64,000 nucleotides of DNA from a virus, in IMG/VR virus record IMGVR_UViG_3300032304_002326, positions 1 through 64,000 of that record, one strand, 5' to 3'. Positions 31,534 to 40,511 of this stretch are shown here, piece by piece. Under the pieces are notes generated by a model. That model was not told the origin of the DNA, made no database searches, and worked only from the letters and a program-made list of their open reading frames with translations. The stretch's first letter is position 1. Every line of letters starts with the position of its first letter. The position numbers were made by a program, and so were the translations under genes.

Positions 31534-31712
31534 AAACAGATTGGGAAGATAAAAGCAACAATGAAATATTGTTAGAAATTAAACAACTTCAGCTAGACCA
31601 CGAATCTTTAAAAATTAAAATTGCTAGGGAGTTTGATAAGTTAGTTGAAATTGAACAACTTTTTGATGAAGCTCAAAAAGTTATAAAAAAAAGGTTAATT
31701 GGTAATAAATAA
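31530..31712 (+). CDS. Small coiled-coil hypothetical protein
   Basis: 60 aa; start and stop overlap both neighbours. Confidence 0.55.
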   Translation: MKTDWEDKSNNEILLEIKQLQLDHESLKIKIAREFDKLVEIEQLFDEAQKVIKKRLIGNK

Positions 31713-32773
31713 TGGGTATTGACAATAAATTTGCAACGGGTCAAGCTAGTAGTGCTAATGGTACTGGTGTTGTTTTTAAAAATTTTCAATTAGCAGAAGT
31801 TGTTACAGTTGGTACGGTACCAGTTACACAAACAAATGATGCGATTAAAAATAAGGACTTAATATTTAATGCGGACCCATATATTATAAGATGTAGGATT
31901 ATCGGTAGTAACTATGATAATATTTTTTCAAATGATGCATTATTACCAAATTGCTTTCCACTTATACCTAAAATGGTGTCACCGATACCAAAAGTTGGTG
32001 AATATGTGTTGGTATTTATGTTTGGGCCCGATGAAAAATATGGTGATAGGTTTTATATTGGACCAATCATATCAAATCCAACTGCATATAACAAGCAAAC
32101 ATTAATTAATGGTGCAACTGATGGGTTATCTGTTGGTATTTATACACCTGAAAGGGATTTATCTAAAATCGAATCAATAAAAGGTATTTATGCTGACTAT
32201 GATTCAAATAATACATATAGTTTAAATGGTAGGGATAATGCTGATATAGTATTCAAACCTAGTGAAGTATTAATTAGAGCTGGTAAATTTATTGAAAATA
32301 AACCAAAAGAGTTTAATAATGTTAATCCAGCTTATATACAGGTTAAAAATGGATTTAATTATACAGACCAAGTAAATAATGCTATTGTTGCTATAACTGG
32401 TGCTGGTAAACAAAGTAAGCCTCAAAAAATAAGTGTTAATAACATTGTTGCTGATAAAATTAATTTATTAACCTACAACGGTAGTCCAAATTTTAATTTA
32501 ACCGAAAGAGATTTATTAAATAGTACAACACCATATATAACTGATGATGAAATGAATACAATACTATCTACAGCGCATCCATTAGTATTTGGTGATGTAT
32601 TATTAGAATATTTAAAAGCATTAAGAGCTGCGTTTGATTCACATGTGCACAATAAATTCGGAGCTGCACCACCAACTGACAATATAACATTAGGTAATTC
32701 AGTTGCAGAATTTAAAAAACTAGCACCAAAACTTGAAACAACTATGTTATCTAAAAATATAAGAATTAACTGA
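31712..32773 (+). CDS. Baseplate hub/spike protein (gp5/VgrG OB-fold-like)
   Basis: PKVGEYVLVF...RFYIGP OB-fold motif; C-terminal GDVL...HVH spike-tip-like motif. Confidence 0.6.
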   Translation: MGIDNKFATGQASSANGTGVVFKNFQLAEVVTVGTVPVTQTNDAIKNKDLIFNADPYIIRCRIIGSNYDNIFSNDALLPNCFPLIPKMVSPIPKVGEYVLVFMFGPDEKYGDRFYIGPIISNPTAYNKQTLINGATDGLSVGIYTPERDLSKIESIKGIYADYDSNNTYSLNGRDNADIVFKPSEVLIRAGKFIENKPKEFNNVNPAYIQVKNGFNYTDQVNNAIVAITGAGKQSKPQKISVNNIVADKINLLTYNGSPNFNLTERDLLNSTTPYITDDEMNTILSTAHPLVFGDVLLEYLKALRAAFDSHVHNKFGAAPPTDNITLGNSVAEFKKLAPKLETTMLSKNIRIN

Positions 32774-32803
32774 TAATTCCAGATATTTATTAATAAAAAA
32801 CAA

Positions 32804-34246
32804 ATGGTAGTTAGAACATATTTTGATAGGAATAATACAATTATATTAAATGATTATACCAACACTGGTAGAAATCCAATCACTGAATTATATTATGGTG
32901 GTGATTTAGTTGATAAATCATACACTAGATTTTTATTTCATTTTGATGAAACTAGATTAAGAGAATTATATAGTGGTGGTACATTCCCAAATATAGGTCT
33001 AATGACACACACACTTAGAATGACTAATACTGGTGCATTTGATTTAAATTTACTTGGTCACGATACGTGTGATGGTAAACCTAGAGCCTCATCATTTGAT
33101 TTAATAGTTTTTAAATTACCACAACAATGGGATGAAGGTGTTGGTTATGATTATAACATTGAAATACCATTAAGAGAACCTAGTTACCAAGATACTAGCG
33201 GTATTAACCCAATGGTATATTCAACATGTCCATCAAACTGGTTTCAGGCTCAAACAAACTTACCTTGGAATACTGGTTCAGGTGTTTACTCTGGTTCAAC
33301 ATTACCAACTATATTTGGTACACAACATTTTGAACAAGGTAATGAAAATATTGAAATAGATATTACCAATATAGTTAATTCATACATAACTGGTGAAACT
33401 AATTATGGTTTAGGTATAGCATTTCCACCTAGTTACGAACAAATGTTTATGGATGAATTTCAATATGTTGGATTTTTCACTAGACACACACAAACTTTTT
33501 ATGAACCATATGTAGAAACAACATATTCTTGCCATATTAAAGATGATAGAACTGATTTTTATTTAGATAAATTAAATAAATTATATCTGTATGTAAATTT
33601 AGGTGGTAACCCAACTAACTTAGATAAATTACCAACAGTTACGGTTTATGATAATTGTGGTGAAATAATATCAGCTTATACACAAAATGATGTTGTTCAT
33701 TGTACTAAAGGTGTTTACTATATTGATTTACTAGCTAATACTAATTCAAATAATCAACCAGGTGTAATGATAAATGACGTTTGGGGTAATATTAAGATAA
33801 AAGGTGTAAGTAGACCTGATATCGAATTATCAACTGAATTAAAAGATTCATTTGGTTATTATAATATTGGTGACGCTGATGATTTACCTAAAAAAGTTGG
33901 TTTTAATATTTCTGGTATAAATCACAATGAAAAAATAAAAAGAGGTGATATCAGAAAAGTGTTGGTTAGTACAAGGATACCATATACAGTAAATCAAACT
34001 CAAAAAATTGATAGATTACTTTATCGTCTATATGTTAAAGAAGGTAAAAATGAATATACAGTAATTGATTACCAACCATTAGAAATGACACCAAATACCA
34101 ACTATTTCTTATTGGATACACAAAGTTTAATACCTAATACTTATTATTTAGATGTTAAATATGAATCAAATTTAGAGGTATCAACAAATAAAGAAGTGTT
34201 AAAATTTGATATAGTATCTCAAGTTGAATTAAGAATATCACAATAA
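32804..34246 (+). CDS. Virion structural protein (DNRLRE-like N-terminal domain)
   Basis: TRFLFHFD, WDEGVG, IEIDITNIV, NYGLGI, FFTRHT...P. Confidence 0.55.
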   Translation: MVVRTYFDRNNTIILNDYTNTGRNPITELYYGGDLVDKSYTRFLFHFDETRLRELYSGGTFPNIGLMTHTLRMTNTGAFDLNLLGHDTCDGKPRASSFDLIVFKLPQQWDEGVGYDYNIEIPLREPSYQDTSGINPMVYSTCPSNWFQAQTNLPWNTGSGVYSGSTLPTIFGTQHFEQGNENIEIDITNIVNSYITGETNYGLGIAFPPSYEQMFMDEFQYVGFFTRHTQTFYEPYVETTYSCHIKDDRTDFYLDKLNKLYLYVNLGGNPTNLDKLPTVTVYDNCGEIISAYTQNDVVHCTKGVYYIDLLANTNSNNQPGVMINDVWGNIKIKGVSRPDIELSTELKDSFGYYNIGDADDLPKKVGFNISGINHNEKIKRGDIRKVLVSTRIPYTVNQTQKIDRLLYRLYVKEGKNEYTVIDYQPLEMTPNTNYFLLDTQSLIPNTYYLDVKYESNLEVSTNKEVLKFDIVSQVELRISQ

Positions 34247-34530
34247 TGAAAGATTTTATAAAACATAAACTAAGGGAAAATTTATCAAACCCAATATGTA
34301 ATATAATGACAGTTAGTACTTATGAAGAAGGTATTGAACTTTTAAATAAACATATTGGAACGCCAAAAGAAAACCCAGAAGCTTGGGCTCAAATTTCTAA
34401 ACCACTTAAAATGTGGGAAGATATTACAATACAAATTCGAAAAGAATTGAAAACTGGTGCAACTGGCGATTCTGAAGTTGATGAATCAGATACTTGGTGG
34501 TCAGCAATCACTAGTAGGTTTTGTAGATAA
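34246..34530 (+). CDS. Small protein with capsid-targeting-like N-terminus
   Basis: MKDFIKHKLRE|NL. Confidence 0.55.
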   Translation: MKDFIKHKLRENLSNPICNIMTVSTYEEGIELLNKHIGTPKENPEAWAQISKPLKMWEDITIQIRKELKTGATGDSEVDESDTWWSAITSRFCR

Positions 34531-34578
34531 TTTTTAAATACATCTTTACAAATTTATATTTTTTACTATATAATATAG

Positions 34579-34602
34579 TGGGGATTATTAATCCCCATTT
34601 TT
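34579..34602. terminator. Terminator between convergent genes
   Basis: tggggatt-att-aatcccca followed by a T run. Confidence 0.65.
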
Positions 34603-34624
34603 ATTTTAAAAATATAGGATTATT

Positions 34625-37036
34625 TTATCTACTTACCTCTTCCCAATCTATTGAAGCATATGCTCCTAAATTTCCACCAGTTGCATCTACAGCCATTTCA
34701 ATTACTATTTCAAAAGCTGTCCCCGTAAAACTATTTCTTTCAAGTTGACTAGCAAATAATGCTTCTTTTAATATATTAATACTAGGAGAACCTTGATTAG
34801 ATGAATTTATATACCCTTGTGCTAATATTCTACCTCCTGAAACAGAAGCTCCCGTAAGATTATATTCAACAGATGAATCAACTCCAGCAGAAACCCACGC
34901 ACCTCCTGTGATAATAGCCCCATTTACAACTCTCCATGCATAGTTTTTACCATTACCTATCCCTAATAAAGATACTGCTGTAGTTATAATTATAGCATCT
35001 AATGCAGTAGCCTTAACCCTAATCCCCACCATTGGATAATACGTTCCAGCTACAGCAAATGTTTTAGGTGTTGTGATAGGTGTCCCAACCGCTAGTTGAG
35101 CACCCCTAAGTTCATAACCACCTTCAGATAATGCAGTAGAACACACTTGCTTTAAAGTACTTGGTATAGCTGTTACCCCTGTATTAGTAATCTCATACCT
35201 CAAAGGTAAAGATGCTGTGGTAATATAAGTAGATGTTATTAAATTAGCGTGATTAAATCTATGACAAAGAATAAAATTACCGTCTATAACAAAACCTAAT
35301 CTAACGGTCCCTTCTCCTAACCACTCAATATCCATAAATAATATCTGAGCTTTTGTAATATCTAATACTAAACCAGAAGGCCCAGTACCATCCATTTTAT
35401 CAACATTCCACGCCGATTGATTTACTACAGATTCAGTAACTACACCAGTAACCAAACTTCTTTCTACAAAACTTAAAGTAGAGTTGTTAAGTTGTAAGTA
35501 AAGCCCATTATCACTACCAAAGTAACCTACTCTTTGTCTAAGATTAGTTTGAGCTGGAGCCATTACAAATGTATTATATATTAGTAATGACTTACCTGGT
35601 TGGTATGATATTACTTTAAATGTTTCTCTAAGAACTTGTGAGCCACTTGTTGTATTTACATTTAAATTTACCAATCCTTCATTTGCACTAAATACTGCTG
35701 CACCCCCACTTGCTGTAGAAGTAGCCCATAACCCATTGTCTTTATATCTATGTGAAGAATCAAATAAAGTTAATGGATTTGAAACCCTTAATCTACCAAA
35801 TGCATCACCCAACATTGGATTATTAGTTAATATTGATTGATTAGATACAGTAACAGTACCATCTACAGTAATTGAATTACCACCATCTTGTATATTTACA
35901 GCAGCTGCACCAGCACCATTCTGAACTGTTATACTTTCTAATGCAGATAATGTTGCAGCATCTAATGCGACTGTACTATTAGTGACATCAACTTTATCCG
36001 TTGCAAATACTAAATTTCTAATATCTAAATCAGTAGCATCAACTGTGATTGAATTACCACCATCTTGAATATTAACAGCTGAAGCTCCAGAAGTATTTCC
36101 AATAGTTGCATTTAAATTAGACGCTGTAGGTTGAATAATTGTGAAATTACCAGTACCAGCATTTGCAGTAACAGTACCATCTACAGTAATTGAATTACCA
36201 CCATCTTGAATATTAACAGCTGATGAACCAGCACCATTCTGAACCGTTATATTTTCTAATGCAGTAAGTGTTGTAGCATCTAAAGCAATAGTACTATTGC
36301 TAACGTCAACCTTATCTGTTGCAAATACTAAATCTCTAATATCTAAATTATTAGCATCTACAGTTATACTATTACCACCATCTTGAATATTAACAGCTGA
36401 AGCACCAGCACCATTCTGAACCGTTATATTTTCTAATGCAGTAAGTGTTGCAGTACTTAAACTTACCGTACCATCCACAGTAATCGAACCACCAGCGTCA
36501 TCTATTGAAATAACATTACCACCATCTTGAATATTAACAGCGGAACCACCACCAGTATTATTAATCGTAACATCACCAATATCAGTACCATTAACTAATT
36601 TATTATTAATATTAGTTAATATTGTTTGAGTATTGGTTACAGCAGTTAGTACTAATTTTTGAGTATCTTCTAAATTTATATCAGTTGTATTTGAAACTAT
36701 TAAACTTAAAAAAGTATTTGGATTGATATATGATAACGGTGGTGTGGGTATTGATGGTGTGTTAGAATTTGGTAAATAATAAGTAGGTGGGTTAAATGCA
36801 CCAGTTGAACTATTCCATACTCTAACCTCTAAATAAGTAACATCTAAATTATCAACAACCAATTTAGTTTCATAATCACTTTGTTGCTGAACTGCTGACA
36901 ATATTGATAAAGAAGTTAACTCAGTTGCTAAATAAGCACCATTTGAATTTACCGAAATAATTTGGTCACTAGGTAAAACAACTGGGTCACTTTCAGCCAT
37001 CGTTTTTTGACCTTTTGTATTTGGAAATTGATTCAT
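34625..37036 (-). CDS. Repeat-rich virion-surface/fibre-like protein
   Basis: Five AVNIQDGGN(S)ITVD-type repeats, with ALENITVQNGAG and LDIRxLVFATDKVDV units; C-terminal DAFGRLRVSNPLTLFDS domain. Confidence 0.6.
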   Translation of the reverse strand: MNQFPNTKGQKTMAESDPVVLPSDQIISVNSNGAYLATELTSLSILSAVQQQSDYETKLVVDNLDVTYLEVRVWNSSTGAFNPPTYYLPNSNTPSIPTPPLSYINPNTFLSLIVSNTTDINLEDTQKLVLTAVTNTQTILTNINNKLVNGTDIGDVTINNTGGGSAVNIQDGGNVISIDDAGGSITVDGTVSLSTATLTALENITVQNGAGASAVNIQDGGNSITVDANNLDIRDLVFATDKVDVSNSTIALDATTLTALENITVQNGAGSSAVNIQDGGNSITVDGTVTANAGTGNFTIIQPTASNLNATIGNTSGASAVNIQDGGNSITVDATDLDIRNLVFATDKVDVTNSTVALDAATLSALESITVQNGAGAAAVNIQDGGNSITVDGTVTVSNQSILTNNPMLGDAFGRLRVSNPLTLFDSSHRYKDNGLWATSTASGGAAVFSANEGLVNLNVNTTSGSQVLRETFKVISYQPGKSLLIYNTFVMAPAQTNLRQRVGYFGSDNGLYLQLNNSTLSFVERSLVTGVVTESVVNQSAWNVDKMDGTGPSGLVLDITKAQILFMDIEWLGEGTVRLGFVIDGNFILCHRFNHANLITSTYITTASLPLRYEITNTGVTAIPSTLKQVCSTALSEGGYELRGAQLAVGTPITTPKTFAVAGTYYPMVGIRVKATALDAIIITTAVSLLGIGNGKNYAWRVVNGAIITGGAWVSAGVDSSVEYNLTGASVSGGRILAQGYINSSNQGSPSINILKEALFASQLERNSFTGTAFEIVIEMAVDATGGNLGAYASIDWEEVSR

Positions 37037-37150
37037 ATAATATTTATATATAAATATTTAATTATTTGAAAAAGAATAGATATTTTAATTTTAATATTAT
37101 TTAATTTAAATACATCTTTACAAATTTATATTTTTAATTATATTTATTAT

Positions 37151-37215
37151 TATAGTTAACTCCGTATTGGTTTCGAGTCAAATTTGACTTTAGAGTTGTT
37201 TAGGCAACAAAGAAA
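37151..37215 (+). promoter_or_regulatory. Structured 5' UTR whose first 12 nt are complementary to the 3' UTR
   Basis: tatagttaactc (37151-37162) vs gagttaactata (39265-39276); local hairpins agtcaa/ttgact and ttgtt/aacaa. Confidence 0.5.
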
Positions 37216-37252
37216 TTGGTACATTAATAACAAAAATTAAAAAGTTAAAAAA

Positions 37253-38065
37253 ATGAAAATTAGTTTAAACAATGAGGTTTCTACACCTCAAGCATTTATT
37301 GCTGTTAATAAAAGTAGAATTAAACAATATGATAAGTCTGGTGACACACCAACTTACTACCTACAAAAAGGTCAAGAATTCCAATTAGAATTATTTAATC
37401 CAACCAATGGAACCATTTTAGCTAAGATTTTCTTAAATGGAAATGCTATATCACAAGGTGGACTCGTTTTAAGACCAGGAGAGCGCATTTTTCTAGATAG
37501 ATATATCGATGTAGCCAAAAAGTTTTTATTCGACACCTACGAGGTTGAAAATACGTCTGAGGTTAAAAAAGCTATTGAAGACAATGGTGATTTTAAAGTT
37601 GAATTTTACAGAGAGTTCGTATTTAATAACTATGGTGGTTATTTAAACTTAAATAATAATACCACAGTAACCACATATAATACAAATTTAACTAATTATA
37701 GTGATGTAAATACATATGATATTAGATGTAATTCTTTAAATGATTTTAATTCATCATTTACAAACACATCAATTAATCAAAATACAACACCAGAAGGTCC
37801 AAACCGAAGACAATTAAAATCAAAAAAAACAAAATCAATTGAAACTGGTAGAGTTGAACAAGGTTCATCATCTAATCAAAAATTACAAACAGTAAATAAG
37901 AATTGGGAATACTCCCCATTTCATACTATTGAATATAAAATGTTACCATTATCACAAAAGATAAACACAATTGAAGATATTAATATAAAAAGATATTGCA
38001 CCAATTGTGGTTCCAAATTAAAAGTAGAGTTTAAATATTGTCCATTATGTGCAACTAAAATTTAA
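37253..38065 (+). CDS. Hypothetical protein with C-terminal double zinc ribbon (replaced C-terminus)
   Basis: Ends YCTNCGSKLKVEFKYCPLCATKI. Confidence 0.7.
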   Translation: MKISLNNEVSTPQAFIAVNKSRIKQYDKSGDTPTYYLQKGQEFQLELFNPTNGTILAKIFLNGNAISQGGLVLRPGERIFLDRYIDVAKKFLFDTYEVENTSEVKKAIEDNGDFKVEFYREFVFNNYGGYLNLNNNTTVTTYNTNLTNYSDVNTYDIRCNSLNDFNSSFTNTSINQNTTPEGPNRRQLKSKKTKSIETGRVEQGSSSNQKLQTVNKNWEYSPFHTIEYKMLPLSQKINTIEDINIKRYCTNCGSKLKVEFKYCPLCATKI

Positions 38066-39135
38066 TTTAAAAATTGGTTCCATGATTCCCAACCATTATA
38101 TTTATAAACATAATCTGGTCTTTTAGGAATATATGATGGTAGATTTTTAGTTAACGTTCTCCAAATAGATTCCGATTTAATATCACAATTTTTATTAACC
38201 CATTCCTTACTATCTTTATAAGATAAAAAATGGGTTATTTTTTTCTTCCCAATATATTTAATATTTTTTGGTAAATCATTACCAAAAAAATCATTATATG
38301 AAATCCATTCATTTTTATAAACATTAATTGGGTTTCTAGGTAAACCTAAATTTTTATTTTCTAAATACCAATTTGTGTATTCTGATTTAGTTGTTAATTT
38401 TAAATCTTTAATTATTAATTTAGCTTCAGAATAATTTATTAATTTAATTTTATTTTTTTTTATTATTAATTTTTTTTTATTAATTTTTGGTTTAGTATTT
38501 AAAAAAGAATACCAAGATTCCCAACCTTTACCTTTATAATATTGAGCTGGATTATATGGCATTTTATTTTTTCTAAAAATACGATATTCTTCTATATTTT
38601 TAATTTTCTCTTTAATAACTATTTCTTTTAATTCATTGTAACTTAAAAAACTATTATTATTAAAAAAATCAGTCCAGTTCTTCCAATCTCTATTTTTATA
38701 TACTGAATCTGGTCTTTTAGGAAAACATTCGGGTAATTCACCTAATTTTATCCATTTACGCCATTTTTTTTCTGAATTAATGTTAGGTATATTATTTAAC
38801 ACCCATTCTTTCATTTCTACTAATGTTGATTCATATTTAGAATAACTACTACCTTCACCACCTTTACTTAAATTAGTTAAATTAGGTATTTGCCCTATCC
38901 AATATTTTTCTCGTTCTACCCAATTATCTTCATTACATTCTTCTATAATATGTATTTTTAATTCTTCATTATTATTTAAAACTTTACGAATCCAATTATT
39001 CTTATGTGTTATTATACCTCGTTTAGCTTCACAAATGTGGTCATTTTTCCTAATTATTGGTCTATATGATTTACCAATATATCTTATTATATTATCATAC
39101 CCTGATAATCCATAAATATAAATTTTATCACTCAT
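38062..39135 (-). mobile_element. GIY-YIG endonuclease with PxxPxxxYKxxGWxSW repeats
   Basis: IYIYGL...IRYIGKS...R...H...EREKYWI...LTN; four repeats. Start taken at ATG 39135; TATTTAT at 39148-39154. Confidence 0.8.
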
Positions 39136-39192
39136 GATGTTTTTATTATAAATATACAAAAATTTATAAAAATCACATTTTAGATAAAACTT

Positions 39193-39252
39193 TGTGGTTC
39201 TAAATTAGGTAAGGGTGATAAATTTTGTGCTAACTGCGGCACAAAAGCTTAA
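39193..39252 (+). pseudogene. Stranded original 3' end of 37253..38065
   Basis: CGSKLGKGDKFCANCGTKA*, same length and Cys spacing as the in-gene CGSKLKVEFKYCPLCATKI* (38006-38065). Confidence 0.85.
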
Positions 39253-39277
39253 ATAAAAATAACTGAGTTAACTATAT

Positions 39278-39302
39278 AAGGGGAGTTTTTACTCCCTTTT
39301 TT
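39278..39302 (+). terminator. Intrinsic terminator
   Basis: aaggggagt-tttt-actccctt followed by a T run. Confidence 0.75.
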
Positions 39303-39377
39303 ATTTAAATAAGTTTTTTTATTAAAAAAAAATTGTTATTTTAAATATTATTTGTATATTTGTAAAAAAATAAAAAT

Positions 39378-39551
39378 ATGGAAAATACTAACATGTTATC
39401 TAGCAATAGTGCTATTGCTTCTGAAGTAATCAAATTGGAAAAGAAATATCCTAATAATATGGATTTAGGTTTTGCAATTAGAAAATTGTTACTTGAAAAT
39501 CGTGAAAAATACGATTTATTATTAAAAAGTATTGAAAACAAAAAAGGCTAG
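39378..39551 (+). CDS. Small hypothetical protein (57 aa)
   Basis: MENTNML...KYPNNMDLGFAIRKLL...KKG*; preceded by TATATTTG at 39355. Confidence 0.55.
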   Translation: MENTNMLSSNSAIASEVIKLEKKYPNNMDLGFAIRKLLLENREKYDLLLKSIENKKG

Positions 39552-39568
39552 ATAAACTCTAGCCTTTT
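39539..39568. terminator. Bidirectional terminator (capsid terminator, downstream copy)
   Basis: aaaaggctaga-taaac-tctagcctttt; near-identical copy at ~40464-40493. Confidence 0.8.
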
Positions 39569-39586
39569 ATATGAATTAGATTTTTA

Positions 39587-39655
39587 TTATCTTAATTCGT
39601 TAATGTTAAATGTTGGAACACCATCAACTTTTACGTGACCGTAGAATCTGTTGTT
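39587..39655 (-). pseudogene. Stranded copy of the last 22 codons of the major capsid gene
   Basis: NNRFYGHVKVDGVPTFNINELR*, protein-identical to 40512-40580 with 12 synonymous differences. Confidence 0.92.
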
Positions 39656-39666
39656 AAAACTTGCTT

Positions 39667-40440
39667 TTATAATAATTTATACATAAAAATATCATCTTCA
39701 TCATCTGTTGTTCTATATTTAGAAAAACCATACTTACTGTAAATTTGATAAAGTATATCTGAGTCTATTTCCGAATCATCATCAACCCTCAAAAATAATG
39801 ATTTATATCCTTTATTTTTGCCGAAATCATATAACCAATTCATAGTTTCTGTCATATAATTTTTACCTCTAAATTCTGGCAAAATTTTAATGTCAACAAT
39901 AGCTAAAGGATTTGGTAAATTAACATCAATCCAATAATATTCTTTCCTCGCTGGCGATAATATTATATAACCCACTTTTTCACCATTAACAATAATATCA
40001 TTATATTCATCAGTTGATGGGTTTTCTATATTTATTGATTCATTTAATGAATCAGAACCAGTTCCTTTATATATTAATTCAATTGAATTTGGTGGGATAT
40101 TTTCAAAAGTGATTATTCGTTTATCTTCTAAATCAAAATTAGGGTCAATATACCATTTGTTTTTAAGTTTGGTCGTATCTATTTTGTATATATCATCATC
40201 ATAGGTTGAATCCCACCAATCTTTTTTATTATCACTATTAACCGCAAATATGACTTTACCTTCAATAGGTGTATTAGATAACCAAGTTTCACTCTTTCCC
40301 TTTGGAATTAAACCTTCTTTTGATATGACATCCCTAAAATACGAATTTGATGTATGATACACATACTTATTTGGGATTATTTCTTTTAATTTACGATTAT
40401 TTAACGATTCTCTCAGTAACTTTTGTATTAATGTTTTCAT
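39667..40440 (-). CDS. Two-domain protein: Tpt1/KptA-like ADP-ribosyltransferase fold + GNAT acetyltransferase, with capsid-targeting-like leader
   Basis: MKTLIQKLLRE|S; YVYHTS...ISKEGLIP...ENIPPNSI; linker SLNE|S; IKILPEFRGKNY...YSKYGF. Confidence 0.65.
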   Translation of the reverse strand: MKTLIQKLLRESLNNRKLKEIIPNKYVYHTSNSYFRDVISKEGLIPKGKSETWLSNTPIEGKVIFAVNSDNKKDWWDSTYDDDIYKIDTTKLKNKWYIDPNFDLEDKRIITFENIPPNSIELIYKGTGSDSLNESINIENPSTDEYNDIIVNGEKVGYIILSPARKEYYWIDVNLPNPLAIVDIKILPEFRGKNYMTETMNWLYDFGKNKGYKSLFLRVDDDSEIDSDILYQIYSKYGFSKYRTTDDEDDIFMYKLL

Positions 40441-40463
40441 ACCTATAAATATCTATATAAAAC

Positions 40464-40493
40464 AAAAAAGGCTAGATTAACTTCTAGCCTTTT
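40464..40493 (-). terminator. Terminator of the major capsid gene (upstream copy)
   Basis: aaaaggctaga-ttaact-tctagcctttt. Confidence 0.8.
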
Positions 40494-40511
40494 ATATGAA
40501 TTAGATTTTTA

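Larger units (their letters stand above)
34533..37135. repeat. 31-bp direct repeat flanking the 803-aa gene
   Basis: tttaaatacatctttacaaatttatattttt at 34533-34563 and 37105-37135. Confidence 0.85.

Noticed and set aside
35850-36560. Regularly recurring repeats resembling a CRISPR array
   Set aside because: In-frame coding repeats of the 803-aa protein with synonymous variation; no unique spacers or cas genes.
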